A DNA stretch of 64,000 bases, from positions 1,738 through 65,737 of the IMG/VR virus record IMGVR_UViG_3300017788_001950. One strand, given 5' to 3'. Under the pieces are notes generated by a model. That model worked only from the letters and a program-made list of their open reading frames with translations. It was not told where the DNA came from and did no database searches. The position numbers and the translations under genes are program-made. This DNA comes from a virus. Taxonomy: Duplodnaviria > Caudoviricetes. This document shows, piece after piece, positions 40,429 to 50,137 of this stretch (position 1 is the stretch's first letter; every line of letters starts with the position of its first letter).

Positions 40429-41145
40429 CTACTTTCGGTTTGCAACAGATATTCTAGTCCGAAGGTTGGACGTTGACCAATCGTGATTTCTCTCGTGCCA
40501 ATGGATCTTAATGGGAAGGTGGTCCCCGGTGAACCGCTTGCCTTTCCAGTCTGTTCCTAGTATTCTTACGTCCGGTTTGCGCTCTTCCAGTATTTTCTCA
40601 AGGTCTTTTTCGGTGACATAGGTCAAAACCTCGTCCACATACTTGCAGGACTCCAAAACAATCTTACGTTCCTCTAGAGTCTGAACAGGTGCGTTCTTGA
40701 GGGGTCGCTCCAAAGTGGGGTCCTCATGGAGAGCCGCAATCAAGTGGTCGCAGTGTTGCTTTGCATCCTGGAACATTCGCACATAACCGGGATGGAGAAG
40801 GTCGAAGGTGCTCGCCACAAATCCAACCCTTTTCTTGCCCAGAAACTTCTTCCTGAACTCCGAGACATGCATTGCCTTGTCGTCAATCAACAGGTCAAAG
40901 CTTGGCTTCTTGTTCATTACCAGGCTGTCATAGGGAACTCCCCAGGTCCTGAGCTGATGAGCGGTAATATCCGTCCAGTCAATCCCAGAAGAAGCTCCTC
41001 TGGCTGTGAACATGACAATACGATGCCCATCCTTGTGAAGCTTACGAAGGGCGTCAACCATTTCTGGAAATGGCTCTGCATCCTCATAGTCCCCATCAGT
41101 GTTGGTACAAATGGTGCCGTCAATGTCAAAGCAATAGGTTGTCAT
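40429..41145 (-). CDS. HAD phosphatase fused to cytidylyl/adenylyltransferase-like domain
   Basis: FDIDGT...FTARG...KP...IDDKA (HAD), then FDLLHPGY...GTDW...STS (TagD/RfaE-II-like; HxGH appears as HPGY). Confidence 0.8.
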   Translation of the reverse strand: MTTYCFDIDGTICTNTDGDYEDAEPFPEMVDALRKLHKDGHRIVMFTARGASSGIDWTDITAHQLRTWGVPYDSLVMNKKPSFDLLIDDKAMHVSEFRKKFLGKKRVGFVASTFDLLHPGYVRMFQDAKQHCDHLIAALHEDPTLERPLKNAPVQTLEERKIVLESCKYVDEVLTYVTEKDLEKILEERKPDVRILGTDWKGKRFTGDHLPIKIHWHERNHDWSTSNLRTRISVANRK

Positions 41146-41657
41146 CAGTCACCGATGATACTGTGCAAGGCAATCTGATGTACACACTCCACGACTCCAT
41201 AGTCAGAGGAATCAATCCAAATGTCAAGCTCCGCTTTGCCACCAAGAGACTCGTTCAACTGGCGCATCTTGTTGTTTTCGTCAAAACCAGTCAGAATGAT
41301 GTGCTTGAGCTTAAGCTCCTGACACAACTCCATAACCCTAAGCATGTTCTTAGAGTTGCCGCTTGAGGAAATGATGATGACCAGAGTGAAAGGATCGGCG
41401 AACTCCTTGACGAACTGTCTGTTGGCCTCTTCCATTCCATAGTCATTGATGTAACAGGTCAACCTTGAGGGATCAGAGAAGGTAATAGCCTTCTTGCCAA
41501 GCATTTTCGTGTAATCCTGGGCGATGTGAGAAGCCACGGAGTTTGAACCTCCATTGCCAAGGATGATAATTCTGCCGTGTTGGTTGACAACACTACGCAG
41601 CCTATCCTTAAACTTGTAGGCAGTTACGACACCATCTAGTAGTTCGTCCATCTTCAT
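41145..41657 (-). CDS. gmhA: SIS-domain phosphoheptose isomerase (GmhA-like)
   Basis: GNGGSNSVASH, TCYINDYG, ISSSGNSKN, LTGF, YGVVECVH. Confidence 0.8.
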   Translation of the reverse strand: MKMDELLDGVVTAYKFKDRLRSVVNQHGRIIILGNGGSNSVASHIAQDYTKMLGKKAITFSDPSRLTCYINDYGMEEANRQFVKEFADPFTLVIIISSSGNSKNMLRVMELCQELKLKHIILTGFDENNKMRQLNESLGGKAELDIWIDSSDYGVVECVHQIALHSIIGD

Positions 41658-42592
41658 ACTTCAACTCCTGTTACGCCGCTGTCGCTTATGTGAATTGGAA
41701 TAGGTTGTCTACCAATCATGATGGGTGGTTTTTCGCCCTTATTGTAGAGAACGAGAAAGTAGCCACCAGCACCAGCACCACATAGCTTAGCGCCCAGAAC
41801 ATCCTTGTCTGTTTCAAACAAACTGTCCAAGGCCTGGAGGTCCGGGTTATCCAGTATTACTGGTGAGGTCTCCTTCTTGGTTTTCCAACCACTTCTGAAA
41901 ATCTCAATGAAGGTCTCTCTGTCCTTTTCCTGTATTGCCTTCTGCAATCGATCCACCTGTTCGAGCATCAGGAAGCTTTTATCGAAATCGAGTGTGGAGA
42001 GAACTCCTGTGGAGCTTCTGGCAATACCGGTATTGTAAAGGGCCATGGTGAAGTTGGAGTTGATGAACTCCGAACCAAAAAAGGTGAATGTAGGACGGCA
42101 GCCAAGGCGGAAGTCCATGCGCTTGAATCCGCCAACACCACAACCATAGGAATCCTGATAACCAGTAAGAGGATTGAACTTCCTCTCTAGCTCGATGGCC
42201 AGGTCGCAGGCGTCAAACTCCGTCATGGGTTTGCCGGTGTAAAGGCTAAGGGCCTTAATCATTGCAATGGTGTAGGCACTTGAGGAAGCCAATCCAGAGC
42301 CGGTGGAGAGAATGTTGGTATTGAACGTAATGGTCACAGGACCAACAGTGTTGAAGTGCTCAAGGCACACTCTAACAACGTCGTTCTTAATCTTGTTTGG
42401 ATCGGAAACCTTCTCCGACTTGGAGTAGTTGATGATGTATTTTCCACAGTTGTTGTCGTGGATGCTCACATAGGCATACAGGTTACTCGGAAAGGAGATA
42501 ACCGAGCCATGATCGAACTTCCTTAGGAAGGCTTCCTGGTCGGTCGATCCTCCCAAAAGAGAAATTCTCAGAGGACACTTAGCAACGAACAT
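41654..42592 (-). CDS. hddA: GHMP sugar kinase (HddA-like heptose-7-phosphate kinase)
   Basis: CPLRISLLGGSTD, GSGLASSS, GYQD, GAKLCGAGAGG; start moved to ATG 42592 (TAATG coupling). Confidence 0.8.
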   Translation of the reverse strand: MFVAKCPLRISLLGGSTDQEAFLRKFDHGSVISFPSNLYAYVSIHDNNCGKYIINYSKSEKVSDPNKIKNDVVRVCLEHFNTVGPVTITFNTNILSTGSGLASSSAYTIAMIKALSLYTGKPMTEFDACDLAIELERKFNPLTGYQDSYGCGVGGFKRMDFRLGCRPTFTFFGSEFINSNFTMALYNTGIARSSTGVLSTLDFDKSFLMLEQVDRLQKAIQEKDRETFIEIFRSGWKTKKETSPVILDNPDLQALDSLFETDKDVLGAKLCGAGAGGYFLVLYNKGEKPPIMIGRQPIPIHISDSGVTGVEV

Positions 42593-43479
42593 TACTTCTC
42601 TCCACGGTTCTTTTCGGCTAGCATTCGAATTTGAGGAACGTGCCAAATGTCAAGTGCCGCAAAAAAGGAAGTGCCATAAGAGCCTAGCCACTCATCAATC
42701 TGCTTAAGACGCCAGTTGGTGTCATGACTGGAATAGGACACGTCAGGGAATCTGATGCCGGTCTTCCACTCCTCAGGGATGGCCACGACAATGGCCGAGG
42801 GGTCTTCCTTGGTGATGGCGTACTTTCCGTTAATCCCTGCTGCGTCTCCAGGAGTACGGATAAGCTCACTCATTCGAAGCCAGGACTGCTTGATTTGGAA
42901 ATGGTCCCAATCGCTGAACTGGAAATGGAAAACTGCCCCATGGCGAGGCTGGAGTGTTAGGGCTGTCTCCTTGTTCGCAAAAGGACCAGGCGTTCTTGGG
43001 GTGTGCATCCAGATTTCTGGATAGGTGTTCTTTGGATCATCCCGGAAGGCAAAGTCCTTGAAGTTGTTACTCCACACACTATGATCGTCCCGGTAGTGGT
43101 CAACAGACTTCCACATGGCTAGCCACTGCATAAGGAGTCTCTGTCCAGGCTCCAGGCGACTAAGGGCAGAGCGCCCGACCCTAAGGAAAGGAGCAGTGAA
43201 AGCCTCGTCGGCATCCAGCACCACGAAGTGCGTACCACCAGCCTCTCGACCAAGCTCCAAAAGCCTTTGACGAATTCCAAGCTCGGCCCAACCGCTCTTG
43301 GGCCTTTCACTATTCCAGTCAAGCACAGTGGCACCAGCCGACCTCAGAATGTCAGCGCCGCTATCGGTGCTGTTGTCATCCATGGCAATGATTTGATCGA
43401 CCAATGGGCGAACACCAGAAACGAAAGAGGGCAGAAAACGAGCCTCGTTCTTGAATGGAAGTAGGGCGATGATTTTCAT
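42592..43479 (-). CDS. Glycosyltransferase, GT-A (GT2-like)
   Basis: Start at ATG 43479 (MKIIALLPFKNE); DDNSTD, VLDADE. Confidence 0.85.
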   Translation of the reverse strand: MKIIALLPFKNEARFLPSFVSGVRPLVDQIIAMDDNSTDSGADILRSAGATVLDWNSERPKSGWAELGIRQRLLELGREAGGTHFVVLDADEAFTAPFLRVGRSALSRLEPGQRLLMQWLAMWKSVDHYRDDHSVWSNNFKDFAFRDDPKNTYPEIWMHTPRTPGPFANKETALTLQPRHGAVFHFQFSDWDHFQIKQSWLRMSELIRTPGDAAGINGKYAITKEDPSAIVVAIPEEWKTGIRFPDVSYSSHDTNWRLKQIDEWLGSYGTSFFAALDIWHVPQIRMLAEKNRGEK

Positions 43480-43486
43480 GGACTTT

Positions 43487-44320
43487 TCACCTTGTATTGC
43501 TGAGTAGGAAGGACTCATAATTGGGGATGAACTCCCTGAGATCCCAAGCCTTGCCGTCAAAATGAACTTTGTGAGTTTCGTAGCTTTTCTCTGCCAGCTT
43601 AGGAAGCCAGCTTCTATCAATCTTGTCGAGAATGCCATATCTCTGCTCGATAAGGGTTCTCTCAATCTGCTGCATCCCGTCTCCTCGGGTGGAGGCTCCC
43701 TTGCCCTCGTCCAAATAGTAACCCAAAACCCCATGGGCAATACCAACCTTGCCGTGAAGAGCTAGGCGAATGGCAAGGTCAAAGTCTGCACCAGACCTTA
43801 GCTGCTCATCGAACTTTCCTGCCTTGAGACAAAGGCTCTTTTTCCAGGCAAAGAATGGTCCGAGAACCATGCTCCGGGTGTATTCCCCGGTGGAGAAACG
43901 GTACTGACTGTGATCCACAAAACGACCCTTCTGAGAAGGGAAGCTGTTGACAATCACAAAGTTACCGTTGCAAATGTCGGCATCGGTATTTTCCAAAACC
44001 GCTACCTGTTTTTCAAGACTGTCCGGGGTTCTGAGATCGTCCACGTTCCAGATGGTAACAATGTCAGCCTGGGCAAGGTCAATGCACCTGTTCATGGAAG
44101 TGCCAATGGGCTCAACCGGATTGACAATATTGTGGAGAAGGATGCCAGGATACTGCTGTTGGAACTCCCTTACCCAAACCAATTCCTCCTCAGTGGGCTC
44201 ATTGTGATCGAGCACCACTTGAATGTCCTTGAAGATGGTTTGTTTTGGAAGCTCACTCAAAAAGAGCTTGAGATATCGCTGCATCCTAAAGCAAGGCGTG
44301 ATCGTACTAATCTTTGGCAT
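43487..44320 (-). CDS. Glycosyltransferase, GT-A (GT2-like)
   Basis: Start at ATG 44320 (MPKISTITP); WNVDD, FDEQLRSGADFDL. Confidence 0.85.
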   Translation of the reverse strand: MPKISTITPCFRMQRYLKLFLSELPKQTIFKDIQVVLDHNEPTEEELVWVREFQQQYPGILLHNIVNPVEPIGTSMNRCIDLAQADIVTIWNVDDLRTPDSLEKQVAVLENTDADICNGNFVIVNSFPSQKGRFVDHSQYRFSTGEYTRSMVLGPFFAWKKSLCLKAGKFDEQLRSGADFDLAIRLALHGKVGIAHGVLGYYLDEGKGASTRGDGMQQIERTLIEQRYGILDKIDRSWLPKLAEKSYETHKVHFDGKAWDLREFIPNYESFLLSNTR

Positions 44321-45188
44321 CAAACAAATGGTAGTAATTCCGAGCCGATTGTACGAGCGTATGATTTTCCAGTATGTACTTCCTCGGGGAATATTTCCAT
44401 TTCCGAACACCTTCAAGGAAGTTGAGGAACAATGGCTCGTTTGGCCCAACAGTCACCTCGCCACACCTGGCATCGAAATAGGGAACGCTAGTGGCCGGGA
44501 CCTTGTCATAGGCACCCTCATTGTTCCACCAGGGTTGGTTGAATACAAACAAAGGCAGATCCATTGAGAGCATCTCCATATAGGCGATACCCTGAGACTC
44601 GGTGTTGGTAAGCAACACCCCGAAGTCAGCCCAATGGCACAAGGACCGAAACTCAGACTCCTGATAATTCCCATATTCCAGGACTCGGGTGTCAATGTCG
44701 TGGGTGGCAAGCATCTTCTTAACGAACTCCAGGTCTTGCTTACTTCGATTCTTGTAGTAGAGGAGACACTTAAGTTGCCCGGTCAGGGGACCAATGGTCT
44801 TAACCTCCCTGGGAGCCCACTCCTCTGTGTCAATCCCAACCGGCCATATGTCAATCTTGCACTTCTCCACCGCAGGGAACCTTCGGTAAAGGTCCAGGAC
44901 CCACTTAGAGGGCACCACGATGCGCTGCATGACACCGAAAATGCTTGGAGGTAGGTCGGAGGGTAGAACGAAAATGTTCGGCCCATAGAGGCACCTAGAG
45001 GCATCCGTACCCTCAAGAGCAGAGAAGGGCATGCCCTGCAAGACCCCGTGGAGAACATCTCCAGGAGGTGCCTCGGGTGGGGCAAGCAAACCAAGCTCCT
45101 GAAGGCCCTTGGTGAGATTTCCCAAAACCTTACCGGGACCTCTGTTGCTAGAGGCATTGGCGTGATGGAGACGAACCAACTTTGTCAT
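44307..45188 (-). CDS. Putative glycosyltransferase (GT-B-like)
   Basis: GPGKV, VVPSKW, WPVGID, TESQGIAYMEMLSMDLP. Confidence 0.7.
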   Translation of the reverse strand: MTKLVRLHHANASSNRGPGKVLGNLTKGLQELGLLAPPEAPPGDVLHGVLQGMPFSALEGTDASRCLYGPNIFVLPSDLPPSIFGVMQRIVVPSKWVLDLYRRFPAVEKCKIDIWPVGIDTEEWAPREVKTIGPLTGQLKCLLYYKNRSKQDLEFVKKMLATHDIDTRVLEYGNYQESEFRSLCHWADFGVLLTNTESQGIAYMEMLSMDLPLFVFNQPWWNNEGAYDKVPATSVPYFDARCGEVTVGPNEPLFLNFLEGVRKWKYSPRKYILENHTLVQSARNYYHLFDAKD

Positions 45189-45189
45189 G

Positions 45190-45903
45190 TCAACGATTCT
45201 CTTCGGTCTTCTTCTTGACGTAGTCTTCTACAAGGTCACTAAACAGTTCGCTGGAAATCTTAGAAGAAATGTCCTCCAGGATGGACGTGGTGTAAGTTGG
45301 AGTGTAGGTTAGTGGCGGCGAATTGTAATACTGAACGCAACTACCGCTGCTTACCATGTAGGTGTTGCTGGTGACGTCAATAGAGGTACCATTTGTTGAA
45401 GTACAGGTGGTAGGCTGAAAAGTCTTGGGATCGTAGTAGGTAACTTGACCAGCGTATTTCAGCAGCGAATGGCCATTGTAGTAGATGGAATTGCTATTTG
45501 GATTTGGATTGAAAGCATCTCCATTGGAATTGATCATTACTGGGCCGTGAGAAGGCATTGGCTTTGGCTTTATGAAACCAAGGTCCTTCTTAAGGTTGTA
45601 GAGACGCTTTCTCATGACCCGCTCACCGAGCGACATCGTTTTGATGTTATCCAGGAGCACATCATAGTAACAGGCGGGCTTCTGGGTGAATGTGAATTGA
45701 TGCGTTGACGGATTCCAATCACTATTAGTGGTCTCCATTTTGTGCTTCTGAGCAACAATCATTCCTGATACGAAATTCTCTTCGACTTTTTTACTGTACA
45801 CATTTGATGCATCGGCACCAACAAAAACCCAAACCTTGTCTCCGACCTTGTATCGGTGTTTTGGTGTCTTGACAGCAGTAGTGAAAGTAGGGATTTGGGT
45901 CAT
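45190..45903 (-). CDS. Hypothetical protein
   Basis: Start likely ATG 45903; N-terminal YKVGDKVWV (SH3/KOW-like); Asn/Thr/Ser/Tyr-rich C-terminus. Confidence 0.55.
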   Translation of the reverse strand: MTQIPTFTTAVKTPKHRYKVGDKVWVFVGADASNVYSKKVEENFVSGMIVAQKHKMETTNSDWNPSTHQFTFTQKPACYYDVLLDNIKTMSLGERVMRKRLYNLKKDLGFIKPKPMPSHGPVMINSNGDAFNPNPNSNSIYYNGHSLLKYAGQVTYYDPKTFQPTTCTSTNGTSIDVTSNTYMVSSGSCVQYYNSPPLTYTPTYTTSILEDISSKISSELFSDLVEDYVKKKTEENR

Positions 45904-45914
45904 GGCCGTGTGTG

Positions 45915-46559
45915 TCACTTTCTCAAATACAGAGCATCGCCCCAACCATAGGGGGTAGAAGCCGTCAGAATTCTCTGAAATCCAAAAGTACGAAGGAAGT
46001 CATCAAGCTCGGAAACCAAGGGAGCTCCGACGTATACTTCCTCAAAGTTGACCTCTGAATAAACTGCCTTGATGTTCCCGTACTGATTCAGGAGATCCCC
46101 AAAGCCCTTGAGAACCTTTAGCTCGGCACCCTGAACATCAAGGTTGATGAAATCCACGTTTTCAAGCTCGATCGAGGTGATGTTCTTGCGATAGAAGGTG
46201 TCGAATCTCTTGGTTCGTTCCTCACGGGTCTCAACTACTCCAATTTGTGGATAGTGGGTGAGATGAGTACCCAAAGGGAGAATGGAAGAGGACTGACCAT
46301 TGTTGGTGATGCTAAAGGAAACCTTCTCATCATCCTGATCACTTAGAAGCTCACAGAAGTAGTTTTGCCTCAGGGGCAAGATCCTTGTGTTGTCATAGAG
46401 GTCCTTCATCAGGGTACGATTACCCTCAATCCAGGTTACCTGAGAGACGCCATTGGAGGCATAGTCCGCACCTTCCTCACCAAGGTGAGCCCCAATGTGA
46501 ACCACACCACGAAAGGGGCGTCCTGCCTGAGTGGCACAGTCCTTAAAGGAGATCAGCAT
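45915..46559 (-). CDS. FkbM-family methyltransferase
   Basis: HIGAHLGEE, INLDVQGAELKVLKG, YSEVN...Y, WGDALY. Confidence 0.9.
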   Translation of the reverse strand: MLISFKDCATQAGRPFRGVVHIGAHLGEEGADYASNGVSQVTWIEGNRTLMKDLYDNTRILPLRQNYFCELLSDQDDEKVSFSITNNGQSSSILPLGTHLTHYPQIGVVETREERTKRFDTFYRKNITSIELENVDFINLDVQGAELKVLKGFGDLLNQYGNIKAVYSEVNFEEVYVGAPLVSELDDFLRTFGFQRILTASTPYGWGDALYLRK

Positions 46560-46562
46560 ACG

Positions 46563-47423
46563 TCAGTTCCTCTTCTCCCAAACGATAGGGATTTCAACGT
46601 GCACCGTGGAGTTTTTGAGGTCGCTCACGGTGGAAAGAGAGATTTGCTCACCCTTCTCACAGAAATGAACGTTCATCTCCTCAGGGCTCATAATGCTAGC
46701 AACACGATTGGCGTATTCATCCTGCACTCTGTTGGCAGGAATGTTGACCAGCTTCGAACCGTTCACATAGCAAATCATGTAGGTTGGTTTCTCCTCGGTC
46801 CCTAGCCCAACGAGCGAGGCATTGTTGACATTCAGAGAAGCCTCAAACTGATTGGGATTTGCAAAGTCCGAGTTGAGAATCTTCTTTATGACAGTCCCGG
46901 TACGATAGACGTTTCCGTCCACCGAGTAAGGATAGCCCCAATCTCCCTCGGCTCCATACCAATTCCACACACAAGCCTTGACGAAGGTTGGAACGGCCGA
47001 GGATGAATTTGTGGCATAGCACTCCGTGATGTTCTTGTCGAGTCTCAGGCTGCAAGCCAAAAGCGCGTTACTATCCATTAGGGTCTCAATCTCCGGGTCG
47101 AAGAAGGAGAAGCGATCACGGAATAGGATATCATCCACCAGAAACATCGTTAAAGGGTTTGCCTCACGACCATTGAACAGCATCTTTAGGTCTTTCCTAA
47201 AAGACATGTCGTGACGCTGCAACTTCCACTCAATTGACTCGTGCTCAAGACTCGACTTGCAAATCTCATAACCGTTCATAAAGTCCTCGGTGGAGGCCTT
47301 GTAGAGAACGGAAATGCTATAGTCCTCACCGAGCTTGTCGGCACAATTGGCAATCAGGGACCGAACGCAGGCATGCACCTGTGCAGCCCGATCCTTGGAG
47401 AAAATGATAACGTTGGCTCTCAT
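46563..47423 (-). CDS. Putative glycosyltransferase (GT-A-like)
   Basis: IIFSKDRAAQ, MFLVDD, WGYPYSVDG. Confidence 0.7.
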   Translation of the reverse strand: MRANVIIFSKDRAAQVHACVRSLIANCADKLGEDYSISVLYKASTEDFMNGYEICKSSLEHESIEWKLQRHDMSFRKDLKMLFNGREANPLTMFLVDDILFRDRFSFFDPEIETLMDSNALLACSLRLDKNITECYATNSSSAVPTFVKACVWNWYGAEGDWGYPYSVDGNVYRTGTVIKKILNSDFANPNQFEASLNVNNASLVGLGTEEKPTYMICYVNGSKLVNIPANRVQDEYANRVASIMSPEEMNVHFCEKGEQISLSTVSDLKNSTVHVEIPIVWEKRN

Positions 47424-47427
47424 GTGC

Positions 47428-48180
47428 TTACAGTCCCTCTAACCACGCATTATTGGTGGATGTGTTCCTTCTGTACAGGTATTGTTTCTCCAAAAGGATA
47501 CTTGTCTGCTGCAAAAGCAGGGTCATCTTGGTATTGAAGTCGGAATCCTCGGCTCTCTGACACCGAAGTCCCAGATTCCCTGGCAAAAACTTCATCCCAT
47601 TCACCCAAAGCTGGCGATAGAACAGGCAGGTTGCCCCATGGGCCTCATAGACATTGCCGATGGAGTAGTGGTTAACACCGGGCGTGTTGAGGCCTTGCCA
47701 CACATTCTGGACAACCTCCTTATGCCCCATGATCGGGAGCGTTCCGGCAAATGTGTTCTTGGAGAATCTGGAAACGTCGTCCTGAGTGAAGCAGTGATGG
47801 AACAAGCAAAGGTTGTGCTTACTCCCGGTTTCCTGTAGGGCTGCCAATTGCCGCTCAAGGCGTGTTGGGCAAGAGGCATCATCTGCATCCTGCAAAGTAA
47901 CCAACTGCCCGGTTGACTCAGCAATTCCCTTGTTGAGAGCATTCCACTTGCCCTTGTTTACCTCAAGATACACAAGCTTCTGCACAAACCCAGGATGGGC
48001 CTGACACCATTGGTTAATTACCGCACGAGAGTTGTCCGTGGAGGCATCGTCCACGATAATCACCTCGAGATTTGGGTAGGTCTGAGCCTTAAGGCTGTCC
48101 AGAGCCTGTCCGATGTACTGCCCGTGGTTGAAGTTGGTTACAATAACGGAAATGAGTGGCATGGTCTTGTTGGTCGTCAT
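47428..48180 (-). CDS. Glycosyltransferase family 2
   Basis: ISVIVTNFN, IIVDDASTD, QDADD, AED. Confidence 0.9.
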   Translation of the reverse strand: MTTNKTMPLISVIVTNFNHGQYIGQALDSLKAQTYPNLEVIIVDDASTDNSRAVINQWCQAHPGFVQKLVYLEVNKGKWNALNKGIAESTGQLVTLQDADDASCPTRLERQLAALQETGSKHNLCLFHHCFTQDDVSRFSKNTFAGTLPIMGHKEVVQNVWQGLNTPGVNHYSIGNVYEAHGATCLFYRQLWVNGMKFLPGNLGLRCQRAEDSDFNTKMTLLLQQTSILLEKQYLYRRNTSTNNAWLEGL

Positions 48181-48182
48181 AT

Positions 48183-49187
48183 TCAGATATCCCTATGGGC
48201 CGCGGCCCAGGCCTTGATGCACTCAGGCATAGTGTGTTCTAGGCTTATGTGATTTGTTCTCTGTCCGTTCCAGGGAGCATGGAAGATATGCCCGCCAGTG
48301 CCCTGAGCTAGGGCCTTGGCCTTTTGGTTTATCTCCTCCTCGGTCACCTGATCCAGGGGTTTATCGAAAAAGGGATTCCAGCCTGCGGGCTTATCGGATT
48401 TCTCACCGTAGAGGGAGAGCCAGGAATCATTCCAGAAGTGGCGGTACTTGCGAATCTTGGCTGCAATGCTCCACCAGGAAAAATGGTATACCGTAGGCAG
48501 TTGCTCAATGGTGCTCTGCATCCACATGCGGTACATGTCGGCTGCCTTAGGATCCACAAGGGCACCTCTCCTGACATTCTCCACAGGGACGGTCATGAAG
48601 TTGAGACATGGCAAGGGCTGTCCGGTGTCGGTCCAAATGTAGTCACAGCCATCCGTGCCATGACGAGCATAGAGCAATCCATCCTTATGCCACCTATGAG
48701 TGTTTGGAATGCCATGGGTGATCCTTGGGTCGTTCCTAGAGAATCTCCACTTCCATGGATTAACGTCTACCCGGATCTTCTCCATGCCTCCCCAATACTC
48801 CACAACCGGGAGAGCCAACAGGGGAGTCTCTGGGGTAAGAGACTTTGATAGCTCCTCAAGCTTTTCCCTGAGGCCTGGAGCTGCAACCTCATCACAGTCA
48901 ATCTGGAAAAGGTAGTCCCCGGTGCACATTTCTCGGGCCATGGCCTTTGTCAGACCGTCATAGATTCCATGATTAGGGGCATCCCAGGGAATATCGGCAT
49001 GGGACAACTGAATTCGAGGTTCCTTGTCGGCCATCTCGGAGAGAATGTCCAGGGTGCCGTCTTCCTGGTCAGAACTGTCCAACACAACAACCTCATCACA
49101 GAAGTCCAAAAGAGACTCGATGGTGGCCTCGAATGGATAGTCCATTTGCTTGGCGTTTCTGATGGTGGTATAGCCCGAAATCTTCAT
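48183..49187 (-). CDS. Glycosyltransferase, GT-A (GT2-like)
   Basis: Start ATG 49187 (MKISGYTTIRN); DEVVVLD, QIDCDE. Confidence 0.8.
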   Translation of the reverse strand: MKISGYTTIRNAKQMDYPFEATIESLLDFCDEVVVLDSSDQEDGTLDILSEMADKEPRIQLSHADIPWDAPNHGIYDGLTKAMAREMCTGDYLFQIDCDEVAAPGLREKLEELSKSLTPETPLLALPVVEYWGGMEKIRVDVNPWKWRFSRNDPRITHGIPNTHRWHKDGLLYARHGTDGCDYIWTDTGQPLPCLNFMTVPVENVRRGALVDPKAADMYRMWMQSTIEQLPTVYHFSWWSIAAKIRKYRHFWNDSWLSLYGEKSDKPAGWNPFFDKPLDQVTEEEINQKAKALAQGTGGHIFHAPWNGQRTNHISLEHTMPECIKAWAAAHRDI

Positions 49188-49203
49188 GTATGTCCTTGAA
49201 ATG

Positions 49204-49239
49204 AAAAATCCGTGAGGTGCTCGTGGGCTCCTCACGGAT
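49204..49239 (-). terminator. Strong hairpin with U-tract (terminator or leader hairpin) upstream of the glycosylation island
   Basis: Minus strand ATCCGTGAGG-AGCCCACGAGCA-CCTCACGGAT-TTTT; a TGGACA-N17-TAAACT promoter-like sequence lies at 49243-49271. Confidence 0.6.
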
Positions 49240-49290
49240 CTCAGTTTACTATCAGGGTCCTGCGTTGTCCATTAGGACTCTTTTGTGGAT

Positions 49291-49623
49291 TTAGCGAGAC
49301 ATGTCAAGCCATGCGAACAGGGCAACCAGAGCATAGACAAAGGATATGTCATGGGACATTTTCGTAACTACCATGTTTTGCCAAAACGTTACATCATCAA
49401 GGTCAGTAGTACGTCTCGTATCAATTACCCTGATGATAGTATCACCAAAAAGTAGGCCAACATTCACATGCGAATGTACCTCCGAGGCTGCTTTCTCACC
49501 AGGAGTCATTGGGCGAGGGCAGCACGTCCGAGCTTCCTCGGCAAAACAATAGTCCCTGGAGCAAACAGGACACTGCCAACGCTTGACCTCAATAGGGAAG
49601 TTTCCGTCATTCACGAGATGCAT
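49291..49623 (-). CDS. Hypothetical protein with CxxC...CC motif
   Basis: Likely start ATG 49623 with GGAG upstream; WQCPVC...RTCC. Confidence 0.5.
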   Translation of the reverse strand: MHLVNDGNFPIEVKRWQCPVCSRDYCFAEEARTCCPRPMTPGEKAASEVHSHVNVGLLFGDTIIRVIDTRRTTDLDDVTFWQNMVVTKMSHDISFVYALVALFAWLDMSR

Positions 49624-49870
49624 CTGACTCTCCCTCATCCTCATTGTCCTCGAATCGGACAATGAATACACGTCCATATTCTTTCTTCGTGATATCTGGC
49701 AGACGATACCTTGACTCAAGGAATTGAATCCAGCCTTCCTCATCATTTGCTTCAATTACCTTATTGAAGGGAATTTCCTTCTCGCCGATAAAGAATCGGT
49801 AAAGCTTAAAGCGAGGATCGGTGAATCTGATGATCATTCTAGAAATGGAGGCTGTAAGATTCGAACTCAC
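49607..49870 (-). CDS. Hypothetical protein
   Basis: 87 aa ORF filling the gap downstream of the ncRNA; start uncertain. Confidence 0.45.
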   Translation of the reverse strand: MSSNLTASISRMIIRFTDPRFKLYRFFIGEKEIPFNKVIEANDEEGWIQFLESRYRLPDITKKEYGRVFIVRFEDNEDEGESDASRE

Positions 49871-49989
49871 CTAGGGACCCCTTGTTGGTCCGGGCCTCCG
49901 AAAGCCGGGGCAATTTTAGCCTAAAGCACCCCGGCCAATACGGCTCATTATCGACTCAACGACGTTTAATCTTGAACTTTAGCTCTTAG

Positions 49990-50064
49990 TACCTGCGTCA
50001 TGCCGCTAGACCACCGGCCCATAAGATAGCGGGCCAGGAAAGATTTGAACTCTCGTTTCAGGTA
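49990..50064 (-). ncRNA. Permuted tRNA-like domain 2
   Basis: Minus strand: TACCTG aaac GAGAG TTCAAAT CTTTC CTGGCCC gctatcttat GGGCCGG tg GTC tagcggcat GAC g CAGGTA; stem extends via TCTTGAAC/GTTCAAGA and GACTCA/TGAGTC. Confidence 0.85.
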
Positions 50065-50137
50065 ATTGGGTTCAAGAGGTAGAGATGAGTCTCCGAGATT
50101 ACTAACACTGTTGGAATACAAAGAACTTGAACACGAC

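Noticed and set aside
30473-49187. Bacterial O-antigen/capsule locus (host chromosome)
   Set aside because: No flippase, polymerase or initiating transferase; contiguous and co-oriented with phage sigma, baseplate and Prim-Pol genes.
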